The notes beneath the pieces are model-generated. The model saw only the letters and a list, made by a program, of their open reading frames with translations, did no database searches and had not been told where the DNA came from. 64,000 bases of DNA. Source: Candidatus Omnitrophota bacterium (GTDB taxonomy: Bacteria > Omnitrophota > Gorgyraeia > Duberdicusellales > 4484-171). The first letter of the stretch is position 1, and each line of letters starts with the position of its first letter. Location of the stretch: NCBI GenBank assembly GCA_014729775.1, contig WJJJ01000011.1, positions 4,606 to 68,605 on the forward strand, in the 5' to 3' direction. The position numbers were made by a program, and so were the translations under genes. Below are positions 11,023-21,355 of this stretch, piece after piece.

Positions 11023-11857
11023 TCAGGGTATCCGCTCCGAATCGGCACGTCTCCGGAATGCGGGCAAACGCATAGGCCTGGTGCCCACTATGGGAGCCAT
11101 TCACCAGGGACATCTCTCGCTGGTACGCCGCGCCCGCCGGGAATGCGAATGCGTGGTTGCGAGCGTGTTTGTCAATCCCGCGCAGTTCGGTCCCGGGGAA
11201 GATTACCGGACTTATCCCAGGAATATGCGCCGGGATGCGGCACTTCTTCGGCAGGAGGGCGTCGATCTTCTTTTTACGCCCTCCGTTCCGTCGATGTATC
11301 CGTCCGGGTATTCCACGTTCGTCGAGGAAACAGCCCTGAGCCGCAATTTATGCGGCTGGCACCGTCCGGGACATTTTCGCGGAGTATGCACGATTGTCAG
11401 CAAGCTCTTCCAGCTTGTGGGGCCGGAGAGGGCGTACTTCGGAAAAAAGGATTACCAGCAGGCACTGATCATACGTCGCATGTGCCGGGATTTGAATTTT
11501 CCCGTCCGCATTGTCCTGGTGCCGATAGTGAGGGAACCGGACGGCCTTGCGCTGAGTTCACGCAACCGCTTTCTTTCACCCCGGCAGCGGAACCAGGCCG
11601 TGTGCCTGCACCGCGCTTTGGAACTCGCCCTCCGACAAATCCGGCGCGGGGAACGCAACGCGCAGAAAGTGATAAAAGGAATGGAGAAACTGATCCGGGA
11701 ATATTCTCTGGCGCGTCCCGAATACATCTGCGTGTGCAGCGCACATACTCTGGAACCGCTCACCGTGATCCGCGGCCGCATTCTTGTCGCGCTCGCGGTA
11801 CGGATAGGGAAGACGCGATTGATCGACAATAAGGAATACCATGTGCGAAAAAAATAA
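11003..11857 (+). CDS. panC: Pantoate--beta-alanine ligase
   Basis: VPTMGAIHQGH, FVNPAQF, FGKKDYQQ, ALSSRN and RLIDN motifs. Confidence 0.96.
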   Translation: MKTLKTNQGIRSESARLRNAGKRIGLVPTMGAIHQGHLSLVRRARRECECVVASVFVNPAQFGPGEDYRTYPRNMRRDAALLRQEGVDLLFTPSVPSMYPSGYSTFVEETALSRNLCGWHRPGHFRGVCTIVSKLFQLVGPERAYFGKKDYQQALIIRRMCRDLNFPVRIVLVPIVREPDGLALSSRNRFLSPRQRNQAVCLHRALELALRQIRRGERNAQKVIKGMEKLIREYSLARPEYICVCSAHTLEPLTVIRGRILVALAVRIGKTRLIDNKEYHVRKK

Positions 11858-12680
11858 AAAACGGATCAGTGTCATCGGATGCGGGACGATCGGCCAGCAC
11901 ATTCTCGGATTTTTACACGGGCAAATGAACCGATACGCAGAGATCGTCGGAGTATGCGATCTTGAACGGGAAAAGATAGTTCACTGGCAGCAGCGTTCCG
12001 GAATCACGGTTCCGATTGTCGGCCTTAAAACGGCAATCGCCGAATCTGATATGATCGTAGAAGCGGCATCGCAGTCAGCTGCCGAGAGATTACTCCGGGA
12101 GCTGATTCCTTCCCGAAAAGAACTGATTCTGCTCAGTACGGGAGCACTCATCCGTCACGAGGAAATTCTCGAAAGTATGAAATCCGGCTCACTTAAAATC
12201 TATGTTCCTTCGGGAGCGGTATGCGGGATCGACGGAATCGGAGCGCTCTCGCAGGGCACGCTCACTTCAGTAAAATTGATTACTGCAAAACCTCCCGCGG
12301 GACTCAAAGGGATTCCTTATCTGCGCGAACGATATCCCGATATCGACAAGGCCCGGGAAGAACGGATAGTATTTGAGGGGAATGTCGCCGACGCGATAGC
12401 GAATTTCCCCAAAAACATCAATGTTGCAGCGACACTGTTGTGTGCCGCGGCAGCCGCGCACGGAGCGAAAGCGAAAAATCTCGTGAAGGTGTGTATGAAA
12501 GTCAACCCTCATCTCACCCAAAATATGCACCGGATTGAAATCGAAGGGAAAGAGGCGAATATTACAGTCGAGATTCGAAACGTTCCCTCGGCAGCGAATC
12601 CTAAAACGAGCGCCTTAACCGCGCTTTCCGTCCAGTACCTCTTACATAAGATTTTTTCCGGCCTCAAGACCGGCTCCTGA
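11841..12680 (+). CDS. nadX: L-aspartate dehydrogenase
   Basis: IGCGTIG Rossmann motif, VEAAS, PSGAVCGIDG, FPKNINVA and NPKTSAL. Confidence 0.85.
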   Translation: MCEKNKKRISVIGCGTIGQHILGFLHGQMNRYAEIVGVCDLEREKIVHWQQRSGITVPIVGLKTAIAESDMIVEAASQSAAERLLRELIPSRKELILLSTGALIRHEEILESMKSGSLKIYVPSGAVCGIDGIGALSQGTLTSVKLITAKPPAGLKGIPYLRERYPDIDKAREERIVFEGNVADAIANFPKNINVAATLLCAAAAAHGAKAKNLVKVCMKVNPHLTQNMHRIEIEGKEANITVEIRNVPSAANPKTSALTALSVQYLLHKIFSGLKTGS

Positions 12681-12757
12681 CGCAAAGAACGCGCGGTGCC
12701 TGAAAGTTACCGCAGGTGAAATATGCAGTGCAGCGGACAAGCAAAGAGAAAATACTG

Positions 12758-15574
12758 ATGAACGACCGCATATACATCAAGGGTGCAAAAGAACACAACC
12801 TGAAAAATATCGAGCTCTCGATTCCCAAGAACCGTCTTGCGGTAGTCACGGGGTTATCCGGATCGGGAAAATCGTCTTTAGCTTTTGACACGGTATATGC
12901 GGAAGGGCAGAGGCGCTACGTGGAAAGTCTCTCCAGCTACGCCCGTCAGTTTCTGGAACAATTACAGAAACCGGACGTGGAACATATCGAAGGACTTTCT
13001 CCGGCTATCGCGATTGAACAACGTACCGCCGGCGCTTCTCCGAGGTCCATCGTCGCCACCCAAACCGAGCTTTACGATTATCTGCGCCTGTTATTTGCGC
13101 GAGTCGGACACCCGCATTGCCCCTCCTGCGGCCGGGCCGTCCAAAAACAGACTTCCGAGGAAATCATCGACCACATTCTGTCGTTCCCTTCCGGGAACAA
13201 AATTTACCTCTTGGCTCCGGTCGTCCGCGGCAAAAAAGGCGAATACCAGCAGTTGTTTCCGCGGCTGCTGAAAGAAGGATTCTCCCGGGTGCGGATCGAC
13301 GGAAAAATTTACGGGCTGGACGAACAGATCCGATTAAAAAAATATCATCGGCATACGATTGAAATAGTAGTAGACCGGCTCAAAGTCGCTCCGGAGTATC
13401 AGCGGCGGATTTCCGACGCCGTAGAAGTAGCTCTGAGATATTCCCGGGGGATGGTGCAGGTCTACGATGAAACCCGCTCCCGAGAATTCTTAATGAACGC
13501 TCGTTACAGCTGTCCTTCGTGCGGAATCTCCCTGGGAGAATTGGAACCCCGGATGTTTTCATTCAATTCCCCGTACGGCGCGTGTCCCGCCTGCAATGGT
13601 CTTGGAAACAAACAGGAGTTTGATACAGACCTTATCGTACCCGAACCGCACCGGACCCTCCGCGAAGGGGCGATCGAGGTGTGGCGCCGCGGTTCCCGCG
13701 GATATATCATGTATTACCGCTCTCTTTTGCGTGATTTAGCCGACGAAGCAGGATTTTCCATGGATGTGCCTTTTTCCCGGCTTGCTCCCGCAACCCGGCA
13801 GCTCATCCTTTACGGGAGTGAAAACGTGGAAGTGTGGGGACGACCGTACGAAGGCGTGATCCCCCACCTGGAACGTCTGTTGAAAAAAACGGATAGTGAG
13901 TACATGAAGACCGAAATTACGAAATACATGTCGAAACTCCCCTGTCCCGAATGCGAAGGTGCCAGGCTGCGCCCGGAGAGTCTCGCCGTCTACGTGAACC
14001 GAAAATCGATCTGGGACGTCATTCAAATGAGCATTGATGACGCGCACCAATTTTTCTCCGGTCTGCGTCTCTCGGAATACGAACGGCATATCGCGCAACA
14101 TGTGATAAAAGAAGTGCAGAAACGGCTCGCCTTTTGTGTGAACGTAGGACTGGGATATTTGAACCTCAACCGGCTCAGCTCGACGCTTTCCGGCGGAGAA
14201 GCGCAGCGTATCCGCCTCGCCACTCAGCTCGGCTCGTCGTTAAGCGGCGTGATCTATATTCTCGACGAACCGACAATCGGCCTTCATCCGCGAGACGACG
14301 CGAAATTAATACGGACACTGAGAAACTTGCGCGACTTGGGAAACACGCTGCTGGTGGTGGAACACGATGAACAAATGATCCGCGCGGCGGACTGGATCGT
14401 CGATTTGGGACCGGGCGCAGGCAATCACGGCGGCACTGTCGTCTTTTCCGGCGACCAGACTGCATTAAAAAAGGGCAGGACCCTGACCGCGGCCTATCTG
14501 CACGGCCGGCGTGAGATTCCGACTCCGCCGCAGCGGCGCGCGCCCAGGCGCAATTACCAAATTGAAATCATCCGGGCATCCGAACATAATCTTAAAAACA
14601 TCCGGGTGGTCTTTCCCCTGGGCGTATTTCTCTGCGTGACCGGAGTATCCGGATCGGGCAAATCCACGCTGGTCGAAGATATTCTTTATAAATCCCTGGC
14701 CCGTAAAATTTATGGATCCCGGGTCAAGCCGGGCGCCCATAGTTCGATCAAAGGAGCCGAATATGTTGATAAAGTCATTATCGTCGATCAATCTCCCATC
14801 GGCCGGACCCCCCGGTCAAATCCGGCCACGTACACCGGTGTGTTCACCTACATTCGCGAAGTATTTGCCCGTCTGCCGGAAGCAAAAGCGAGAGGCTACA
14901 GACCGGCCCGATTCAGTTTCAATGTGAGCGGCGGCAGATGTGACGCCTGCAGGGGGGACGGCACAAAAAAGATAGAGATGCACTTTCTTCCCGATGTCTA
15001 CGTCGACTGCGAGATTTGCGGGGGCACACGATTCAACAAACAGACCCTGGAAATCACCTTCAAGGGAAAAACGATCGCCGACGTGCTCTCAATGACGGTC
15101 GACGAAGCCTTTCGGCTGTTTGAGAACTTCCCCCGCATAAAAAGAATACTTGAAACGATCCGGGATGTGGGGTTAGGATATATTACATTAGGGCAGGCGG
15201 CCACCACGCTATCCGGAGGAGAAGCGCAGCGGATGAAGCTGGCATCACAGCTCCGTAAACGCTCGACCGGACAAACGTTCTACATCCTTGACGAACCGAC
15301 GACCGGTCTGCATTTTCACGATGTGAAAAAGTTGCTGGAAGTACTTCAGCGTCTGGTAGAGAAGGGCAATACGGTTTTATTGATCGAGCATAACCTGGAT
15401 GTGATAAAATGCGCCGATTATGTGATTGATTTGGGACCCGAAGGAGGAGCTTCCGGCGGAAAGGTAATCGCGGCCGGAACGCCGGAAGAGATTACACGCG
15501 TAAGGGAATCCTATACCGGCCGTTTTCTTAAAGCGAAACTTCTCCCTTCAGAAAAAAAACGGAGAAAAAAATGA
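12758..15574 (+). CDS. uvrA: Excinuclease ABC subunit A
   Basis: Two ABC modules (GLSGSGKS and GVSGSGKS, two LSGGEAQR) plus zinc-finger CxxC pairs. Confidence 0.98.
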   Translation: MNDRIYIKGAKEHNLKNIELSIPKNRLAVVTGLSGSGKSSLAFDTVYAEGQRRYVESLSSYARQFLEQLQKPDVEHIEGLSPAIAIEQRTAGASPRSIVATQTELYDYLRLLFARVGHPHCPSCGRAVQKQTSEEIIDHILSFPSGNKIYLLAPVVRGKKGEYQQLFPRLLKEGFSRVRIDGKIYGLDEQIRLKKYHRHTIEIVVDRLKVAPEYQRRISDAVEVALRYSRGMVQVYDETRSREFLMNARYSCPSCGISLGELEPRMFSFNSPYGACPACNGLGNKQEFDTDLIVPEPHRTLREGAIEVWRRGSRGYIMYYRSLLRDLADEAGFSMDVPFSRLAPATRQLILYGSENVEVWGRPYEGVIPHLERLLKKTDSEYMKTEITKYMSKLPCPECEGARLRPESLAVYVNRKSIWDVIQMSIDDAHQFFSGLRLSEYERHIAQHVIKEVQKRLAFCVNVGLGYLNLNRLSSTLSGGEAQRIRLATQLGSSLSGVIYILDEPTIGLHPRDDAKLIRTLRNLRDLGNTLLVVEHDEQMIRAADWIVDLGPGAGNHGGTVVFSGDQTALKKGRTLTAAYLHGRREIPTPPQRRAPRRNYQIEIIRASEHNLKNIRVVFPLGVFLCVTGVSGSGKSTLVEDILYKSLARKIYGSRVKPGAHSSIKGAEYVDKVIIVDQSPIGRTPRSNPATYTGVFTYIREVFARLPEAKARGYRPARFSFNVSGGRCDACRGDGTKKIEMHFLPDVYVDCEICGGTRFNKQTLEITFKGKTIADVLSMTVDEAFRLFENFPRIKRILETIRDVGLGYITLGQAATTLSGGEAQRMKLASQLRKRSTGQTFYILDEPTTGLHFHDVKKLLEVLQRLVEKGNTVLLIEHNLDVIKCADYVIDLGPEGGASGGKVIAAGTPEEITRVRESYTGRFLKAKLLPSEKKRRKK

Positions 15575-17994
15575 ACCGCATATTTCGATTAGGAATCACC
15601 GCAATAATAATATCCGCCTCTGCGCTTCTGCCGGCAGAAGCGCAGAGTCTTCCGGAAGAAAAATTCCAGATCGCAGTCAAAGCATACGAAGACGGTTTTT
15701 ACGGCGCGGCACTTTCTTTATTCACCCGTTTCGCGGATGAATTCCCCCAGAGTGCGCGTCTTCCCAAAGCCGAACTCTATCGTGCCAAATGTTTTTATTT
15801 TCAAGAGGATTACGCCAAAGCAGCCGCGATCCTCAATGACTTGGCCGAGCGCAAGAACGCGCAGTCGATCGAAGATGAAGTGTACTACTGGCTGGCCGAA
15901 ATCAGCCTCAAGGGCAAAAATTACGCTGCTGCGCTGAATAGGGCGGAAGAAATCATGCAGAAATTCCCGGATTCTTCCTATCGTTGGTGGGCGGCCTATG
16001 TCGCCGCACGCGCCTACACATTTCAGAATCAGTTTCCGGAAGCACTGAGCCTCTACGAAAAGATCATCGAACAAAGTCCGGACCAAGAACTCCGCCACCG
16101 GTCTTTTTCGCGCTTTCTGAATGTCCTGTTCCGCCAAAAACGTTACGCGCAAATCATTACCCGGGTGCAACAGTATCTCTCCCGCACCAAAAACGCTTCA
16201 GATGTTCCTCTCGACGTTTATTTTTTTCTCGCCGAAAGTCTATTCGAGGAAAAAAATTTTACTGCCGCACTGAATGCCTACACGCAGGGGATCGCCGCAG
16301 GTGCCGACGACCGCCTCAGAGACCGGCTACTGCAGGGCAAAATGTACACGCTGCTCGCTCAGGGAAAAAAGGAAGAAGCGAAACTCGCCGCGAATAAGAT
16401 TCAGGATCCTGCATCCCGCCGCTACCATACCGGAGTGTATTATTTGAAACTCGAGCTGTTCACCGAAGCGCTTCGTTCGTTCTCGTATTTCATCGAAGAG
16501 CATCCGGAATCAGAAAATGTTCCTCAGGCATACCTGCACAAAGCGGATATCCTGTATGAAATGGGACGGGTGAACGATTCACTTTCGGTGTACCAGTTTA
16601 TACTGGAAAATATCGACGCTGACCGCTATCCGGAAATCATCGACAAAGCGCATTACGGTTTAGCCTGGTGTTATCTCAAAAACGGAGAATATAAAAAGGC
16701 GATCGATGAATTCCGGGACACACTCAAATATACCGGCAACCAAATAGTCAAGGTCAGTTCCCAGATCCAAATCGCCGATGCCAACCAGGAAAGAAAGGAA
16801 TACGAACAAGCCTTAACCATGTACGAACAAATACTGAAAGACAATCCCAACACCATTTACGGCGATTACATTCAATTTCAAATCGGAATGATCTTCCTGA
16901 AAACCGATCGCATCAGAGACGCATTCCTGGCATTTCGGACGCTGAAAAAGAACTTTCCTGCCTCTGATCTGGCGGGCCAGGCACAATATTATCTCGCCGC
17001 CGGATACTTCTCGCAAGAGGAATACCTCCAAGCGAGGAGGATCCTTGAAGACCTCAGGAAAAAAAACGATGACAGCGAATTCCAGACGAAAGTCGCCTAT
17101 CTCTACGGAAAATGCTTTTTCAATGAAGGCCTCTATGAACGCGCGATCGGTGTTTTCGAAGAATGTCTGGAAAAATGCCGCTATCCGCGTCTGGGAGAAT
17201 TGATGTACATTGATCTCGGCAACGCCTATCTGCATTTAGGAAAGAAAAAACAGGCGGAAGAGACCTGGGGCCAGCTCATTACCCGTTATCCCCGCTCCCA
17301 GTACGTACCGACGGTAATGTTGAGCATCGGCGGTCTGCAGGAACAGCAGGGAAGATATGCCAGCGCCGAGAACAACTATAAAAAAGTAATTGACTCTTTC
17401 CCCGATTCAGCCTACGCACGCGAAGCGATGCTGTCGCTCGGACATCTGTACTGGCAGCAAAAATCCATGAAGAAAGCGGAGAAAATGTTCCTGGCGGTGG
17501 AACAGGACAAATCACCGCTCGCCCTGAAAGGGAAACTTTTTCGCGCGAAACTCTACCGGCATCAGGACCGTCACGCGCAGGCTCTCAAACTGCTGGAGGA
17601 ACTTATTCCCGGCAAAGAAAAGATCGCATCGGCCGCGCTGATGGAATACGCCAATATCCTCAAAGAACAACGGCGCTATACCGAGGCGGCGCACTATTTC
17701 AGACAAGCTCTGGACCGGGGAATCGATTCCGCACAGGTACGTTTCTCGCTGGCGATGTGTTTGGAAAAATCCGGACGGCCGGGAAAGGCGGTGGAAGAAT
17801 ACTTTTATCTGATTTACCACTTCCCGGAATCGGAATACCGGCTCCGCGCGCATTTCCGTATCGCCCGTCTGTACGAGGAAATGAAAAAATTCGAAGCGGC
17901 AAAAGAAATATACCGCAAAATAATAGGATTTCAGGTCGATGAGTCGAAAATAGCGCAATCGAGATTAGATGCGCTCCAAACGAACGCCCCGTAG
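15571..17994 (+). CDS. Exported multi-TPR protein (CpoB/BamD-like repeats)
   Basis: Signal peptide ending ...LPAEA, then about 780 aa of TPR-like repeats with recurring F/Y-P-x-S turns. Confidence 0.85.
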   Translation: MNRIFRLGITAIIISASALLPAEAQSLPEEKFQIAVKAYEDGFYGAALSLFTRFADEFPQSARLPKAELYRAKCFYFQEDYAKAAAILNDLAERKNAQSIEDEVYYWLAEISLKGKNYAAALNRAEEIMQKFPDSSYRWWAAYVAARAYTFQNQFPEALSLYEKIIEQSPDQELRHRSFSRFLNVLFRQKRYAQIITRVQQYLSRTKNASDVPLDVYFFLAESLFEEKNFTAALNAYTQGIAAGADDRLRDRLLQGKMYTLLAQGKKEEAKLAANKIQDPASRRYHTGVYYLKLELFTEALRSFSYFIEEHPESENVPQAYLHKADILYEMGRVNDSLSVYQFILENIDADRYPEIIDKAHYGLAWCYLKNGEYKKAIDEFRDTLKYTGNQIVKVSSQIQIADANQERKEYEQALTMYEQILKDNPNTIYGDYIQFQIGMIFLKTDRIRDAFLAFRTLKKNFPASDLAGQAQYYLAAGYFSQEEYLQARRILEDLRKKNDDSEFQTKVAYLYGKCFFNEGLYERAIGVFEECLEKCRYPRLGELMYIDLGNAYLHLGKKKQAEETWGQLITRYPRSQYVPTVMLSIGGLQEQQGRYASAENNYKKVIDSFPDSAYAREAMLSLGHLYWQQKSMKKAEKMFLAVEQDKSPLALKGKLFRAKLYRHQDRHAQALKLLEELIPGKEKIASAALMEYANILKEQRRYTEAAHYFRQALDRGIDSAQVRFSLAMCLEKSGRPGKAVEEYFYLIYHFPESEYRLRAHFRIARLYEEMKKFEAAKEIYRKIIGFQVDESKIAQSRLDALQTNAP

Positions 17995-18008
17995 ACAAGG
18001 AGGACGAC

Positions 18009-18641
18009 ATGTGGCAATTCATTCTTAAAGGGGGCTGGCTGATGCTCCCGATCGTTTTTTGTTCCATATTTACCTTGGCAATCATCGTAGAACGGCTCTT
18101 TTTCTTTCATACGGTACGGTTTCCCACGGCGGTACTTTTGGAAAAGGTCCTTGAAGCGGTACGGAAAAATCAAATCACCAAAGCGATCGACATTTGTGAT
18201 AAACATCCCTATTATGTCACGAATATCCTTAAAGCGGGCATGCTCCGCTACGAAGAATCGAAAGAAATCATTAAAGAATCGATGGAAAACGCTTCTCTGT
18301 ACGAAATACCTAAACTGGAAAGGAACCTCAACTTCCTGAGCACCCTTGCGCACATCTCTCCCTTGCTGGGACTTCTCGGAACGGTGGTGGGGATGATCAA
18401 ATGCTTTGACGTCGTAAAAAACTTGTCGGGAAGCGTAGGGGTGGTAAACCCCACTGCGCTGGCCGACGGCATCTCCACCGCGCTGTTCACCACCGCGGCG
18501 GGGCTGTTCGTGGCAATCCCGGCTTATCTTGCCTACAACTATTTCGTCCACAAAGTGAATCTTTCGGTACTTGAAGCGGAACGGGCGGCCACGGAGCTTG
18601 TCGAAGTGCTTTCCGAGAGGAGGTATGTCGGTGAGATTTAA
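18009..18641 (+). CDS. MotA/TolQ/ExbB proton channel protein
   Basis: PLLGLLGTVVGMI and GISTALFTTAAGLFVAIPA motifs. Confidence 0.93.
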   Translation: MWQFILKGGWLMLPIVFCSIFTLAIIVERLFFFHTVRFPTAVLLEKVLEAVRKNQITKAIDICDKHPYYVTNILKAGMLRYEESKEIIKESMENASLYEIPKLERNLNFLSTLAHISPLLGLLGTVVGMIKCFDVVKNLSGSVGVVNPTALADGISTALFTTAAGLFVAIPAYLAYNYFVHKVNLSVLEAERAATELVEVLSERRYVGEI

Positions 18642-19029
18642 GAAACGGGTCGTGACCGAAGCGGGATTACGACAGATCGATATCGCGCCGCTTATCGATA
18701 TTATTTTTTTATTATTGATTTTCTTCATGCTTACGTCAAGTTTCGTGATCATTCCCGGAATAAACGTGAAACTGCCGGCAGCACTCACTTCGGAAGACGT
18801 CAATACCCAAACCCTCACCGTGACTATTTCCAGCGAGGATATACTGTACGTGGAGGGTAAACCGGTGCTGAAACCGGAAATTGAACGGATGCTCCAAAAA
18901 CGGAAGTATCAATCGATTTTTATCAAAGCCGACCGGAACGCGAGTTTGGGAACTTTGATCGGGATCTATGACCTATGCAAGGCGATGGACGTGGAAAAAA
19001 TCGGTATCGCAACGACCAGAATCGAATAA
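18631..19029 (+). CDS. ExbD/TolR family protein
   Basis: IDIAPLIDIIFLLLIFFM with the conserved TM Asp, and IKADR; GTG start 7 nt after AGGAGG. Confidence 0.92.
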   Translation: MRFKKRVVTEAGLRQIDIAPLIDIIFLLLIFFMLTSSFVIIPGINVKLPAALTSEDVNTQTLTVTISSEDILYVEGKPVLKPEIERMLQKRKYQSIFIKADRNASLGTLIGIYDLCKAMDVEKIGIATTRIE

Positions 19030-19044
19030 CCCAGGGAGTATCCG

Positions 19045-19599
19045 GTGCGCTTTTTCCGAAATAAGAAGCATTTTTTCACCGCCGCGCTCCTTCTTTCTGT
19101 GGTGATCCATTGCGCGCTCTTTAGCGCGGTTTCGTTACGGATAGAGGATTATACCCTGCCGATATTCTATTCCTGGTCGGATATCCTCACTCCGCAAGAC
19201 CTGTTGCCGCCGAAAGGAGAATCGAATGAAATCCCGCAGGTCCTCTTTCGCTGGCACAGAGCGCGAAAAGGGTATTTCTTGTCCATCCTTGGAGCAGAGC
19301 CCGTTGCTGAACTCCGTCTCGCGCCGATATATCCATTCTCTCCCTCGGCAGATCTCGCGCGGGATCCGGTCAATCATTTATTTCTGTGGCAGCGTCACGT
19401 GGTACTGCCCGCCGAAAAAAAAGAACAGGTGGCGTTTAAGATCTTCGTTTCATCCTATGGAAAAGCCCTGTTCAGCGTACCGGAAAAATTACCTTTGAAT
19501 TCCGAGGGAACGCTCCTGTTTCAGCAGTATTTACGCGAGTCTTCCGTGTTCTTTCATGACAAATTCTGCTGGACAAAAATGGAAGAAGTAGTACAATAA
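19045..19599 (+). CDS. Hypothetical membrane-anchored protein, probable divergent TonB/TolA-like energy transducer
   Basis: N-terminal TM with SxxxH (LSVVIH); C-terminal VAFKIFVSSYGK resembles the TonB-C strand; follows exbB/exbD. Confidence 0.55.
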   Translation: MRFFRNKKHFFTAALLLSVVIHCALFSAVSLRIEDYTLPIFYSWSDILTPQDLLPPKGESNEIPQVLFRWHRARKGYFLSILGAEPVAELRLAPIYPFSPSADLARDPVNHLFLWQRHVVLPAEKKEQVAFKIFVSSYGKALFSVPEKLPLNSEGTLLFQQYLRESSVFFHDKFCWTKMEEVVQ

Positions 19600-19601
19600 C
19601 T

Positions 19602-19850
19602 ATGAAAATAACCTTATCCGTATTTTTTTCCGTCATCCTGTGCGGATGGCTTATTTTTTTTCTGATCGCGGCACTGATCAGCAATCGGTGGTCGGTAAAT
19701 ACAAAAAAAAACACGCGGTTGAAAAAGCGCAAGTGTGAGATATGTTCATCGGTATACTTCACTCCGTCATTTTACAAATTCTGGCACTGTCCTTTTTGCG
19801 GGAGTATAAATAAAAATGATCATTACCGAAATAGGAATCGTCGCCGGTGA
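19602..19850 (+). CDS. Small membrane protein with C4 zinc ribbon
   Basis: N-terminal TM, then CEIC-x13-CPFC; tight packing with neighbouring genes. Confidence 0.6.
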   Translation: MKITLSVFFSVILCGWLIFFLIAALISNRWSVNTKKNTRLKKRKCEICSSVYFTPSFYKFWHCPFCGSINKNDHYRNRNRRR

Positions 19851-20016
19851 AATATGGCATTATCTGGATCAGCACGGAGAAGTGTCGTTACCTCAGCTTC
19901 TGGAAGGACTGGGAAACCGCAAAGAAGTAATTTTAATGAGCTTAGGCTGGCTGGCCCGGGAAGGACACGTATTGGTCCGTTATGAAAAGAACGAATATCG
20001 AGTTAATTTACGGTGA
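19816..20016 (+). CDS. Small winged helix-turn-helix protein (DUF2582-like)
   Basis: IGIVAGEIWHYL...MSLGWLAREG pattern. Confidence 0.8.
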   Translation: MIITEIGIVAGEIWHYLDQHGEVSLPQLLEGLGNRKEVILMSLGWLAREGHVLVRYEKNEYRVNLR

Positions 20017-20024
20017 GGTGGCGT

Positions 20025-20387
20025 ATGCGTAAAGGTATAGTATTCGTCGTGGTCCTGGGAATATTAATCGTGGTGTCCTCCCTGGCGTTTGTCATTCTGA
20101 TGCTGCTGACGCAGGAATCGCGCGTTGCCGAATACAAGATTCGCCGGATGAGGGCTTTTTACGCCGCACAGGCAGGGAAAATCCTCGCACTGGAACAACT
20201 GAGGAAAGGAAACTGGACATACGACAACAGTTACACGATCTGTCCCTCCGCCGGAGGCGGCTGCGATGCGGTGGATCCGGATATCGCCTATGAGGTCGAC
20301 GTCGACATTCACGCGCAGGGACATACCGATTCCGGTGCAGCGGCATTAACCGGAACGACGCAAATTGATGTGAGCGTAGATTACTGA
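20025..20387 (+). CDS. PilX-like minor pilin/pseudopilin
   Basis: MRKG|IVFVVVL hydrophobic N-terminus and AFYAAQAG motif typical of PilX N-terminal domains. Confidence 0.7.
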   Translation: MRKGIVFVVVLGILIVVSSLAFVILMLLTQESRVAEYKIRRMRAFYAAQAGKILALEQLRKGNWTYDNSYTICPSAGGGCDAVDPDIAYEVDVDIHAQGHTDSGAAALTGTTQIDVSVDY

Positions 20388-20508
20388 GGCAATCTCACCT
20401 GTCTCGGTACTTTTTCAGTTCTTCACATACGCCGAAACAACAAACCGCGAGCACGGTTGTCTGCCGATGTGCACAACGGCGGGAGCGCGAAGCCGAAGAA
20501 TATGCATC

Positions 20509-20581
20509 GGGCCGGTAGTTCAGTTGGGAGAACGCCTCGTTCGCAACGAGGAGGTCGGGAGTTCGAATCTCCTCCGGTCCA
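20509..20581 (+). tRNA. tRNA-Ala (CGC)
   Basis: Full cloverleaf; acceptor GGGCCGG/CCGGTCC with G3:U70; anticodon arm CCTCG-TTCGCAA-CGAGG; TTCGAAT T-loop; CCA not encoded. Confidence 0.96.
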
Positions 20582-20632
20582 TATCCCTAACAGGTACCAC
20601 TCATCAATCACATGAAATGAACGATCACGTCC

Positions 20633-21355
20633 ATGGGCCGCACCAGAATATATCTTCCGTCCGCACATATCCTGCCGGAAATCGTACTGCGTGAGAAATC
20701 CGCGGTGCATAAATTAAAACATGTCCTGAGAGTACGAAAAGAGGAACCGGTATTCGTCTTTGACGGAGCCGGATCCGAGTACCGCTATACGCTCCGCGAG
20801 TATGGAAAATCCACCGTCCGGCTGGATACACAGGAACGAACACGCCTGCAGGACAATGCCGGGTTTTCTCTTGGATTAGCAATACCGGTACTCTCCGACG
20901 ATAAAATGAGCCTTATATTTCAACGCGCGACCGAATTAGGCGCGATGAATTTTCATCTTTTTTGCTCGGAACGAAGCAACCGCAAAGAACCGAAATCTCA
21001 TAAATACGCCCGCTGGAAAAAAATCGTGATCGAAGCCGCGCGGCAGTCCGAACGGCTCTGGCTTCCGGAAATTCATCCCTGCGCCGGTCTTTGTAACCTG
21101 CCGTTGGACGAATATCCATATTCAGCCGTGGCCGATCTCCGGGGAGCGCCTCTGCCGGCCGAACGTGTGCGAGAGGTCGGCGCGGTTTGTTATTTCGTAG
21201 GGCCCGAAGGGGGATTCAGTCCGGAAGAAGACCGCCGCTTTCTTTCCGCGAAAATTTCCCGCGTCTCGTTCTCCCCGCATACCCTGAGGACCGAAACCGC
21301 GGCAATCACCGCGGCGGCTTTGACCGCATGGATCAATCACCCCTCTGTCCGATGA
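20633..21355 (+). CDS. rsmE: 16S rRNA m3U1498 methyltransferase
   Basis: HVLRV, EAARQSER, VGPEGGFS and LRTETA motifs. Confidence 0.93.
   Translation: MGRTRIYLPSAHILPEIVLREKSAVHKLKHVLRVRKEEPVFVFDGAGSEYRYTLREYGKSTVRLDTQERTRLQDNAGFSLGLAIPVLSDDKMSLIFQRATELGAMNFHLFCSERSNRKEPKSHKYARWKKIVIEAARQSERLWLPEIHPCAGLCNLPLDEYPYSAVADLRGAPLPAERVREVGAVCYFVGPEGGFSPEEDRRFLSAKISRVSFSPHTLRTETAAITAAALTAWINHPSVR

Noticed and set aside
12681-12757. LexA box upstream of uvrA
   Set aside because: No match to the CTGT-N8-ACAG or GAAC-N4-GTTC boxes; only weak palindromes.
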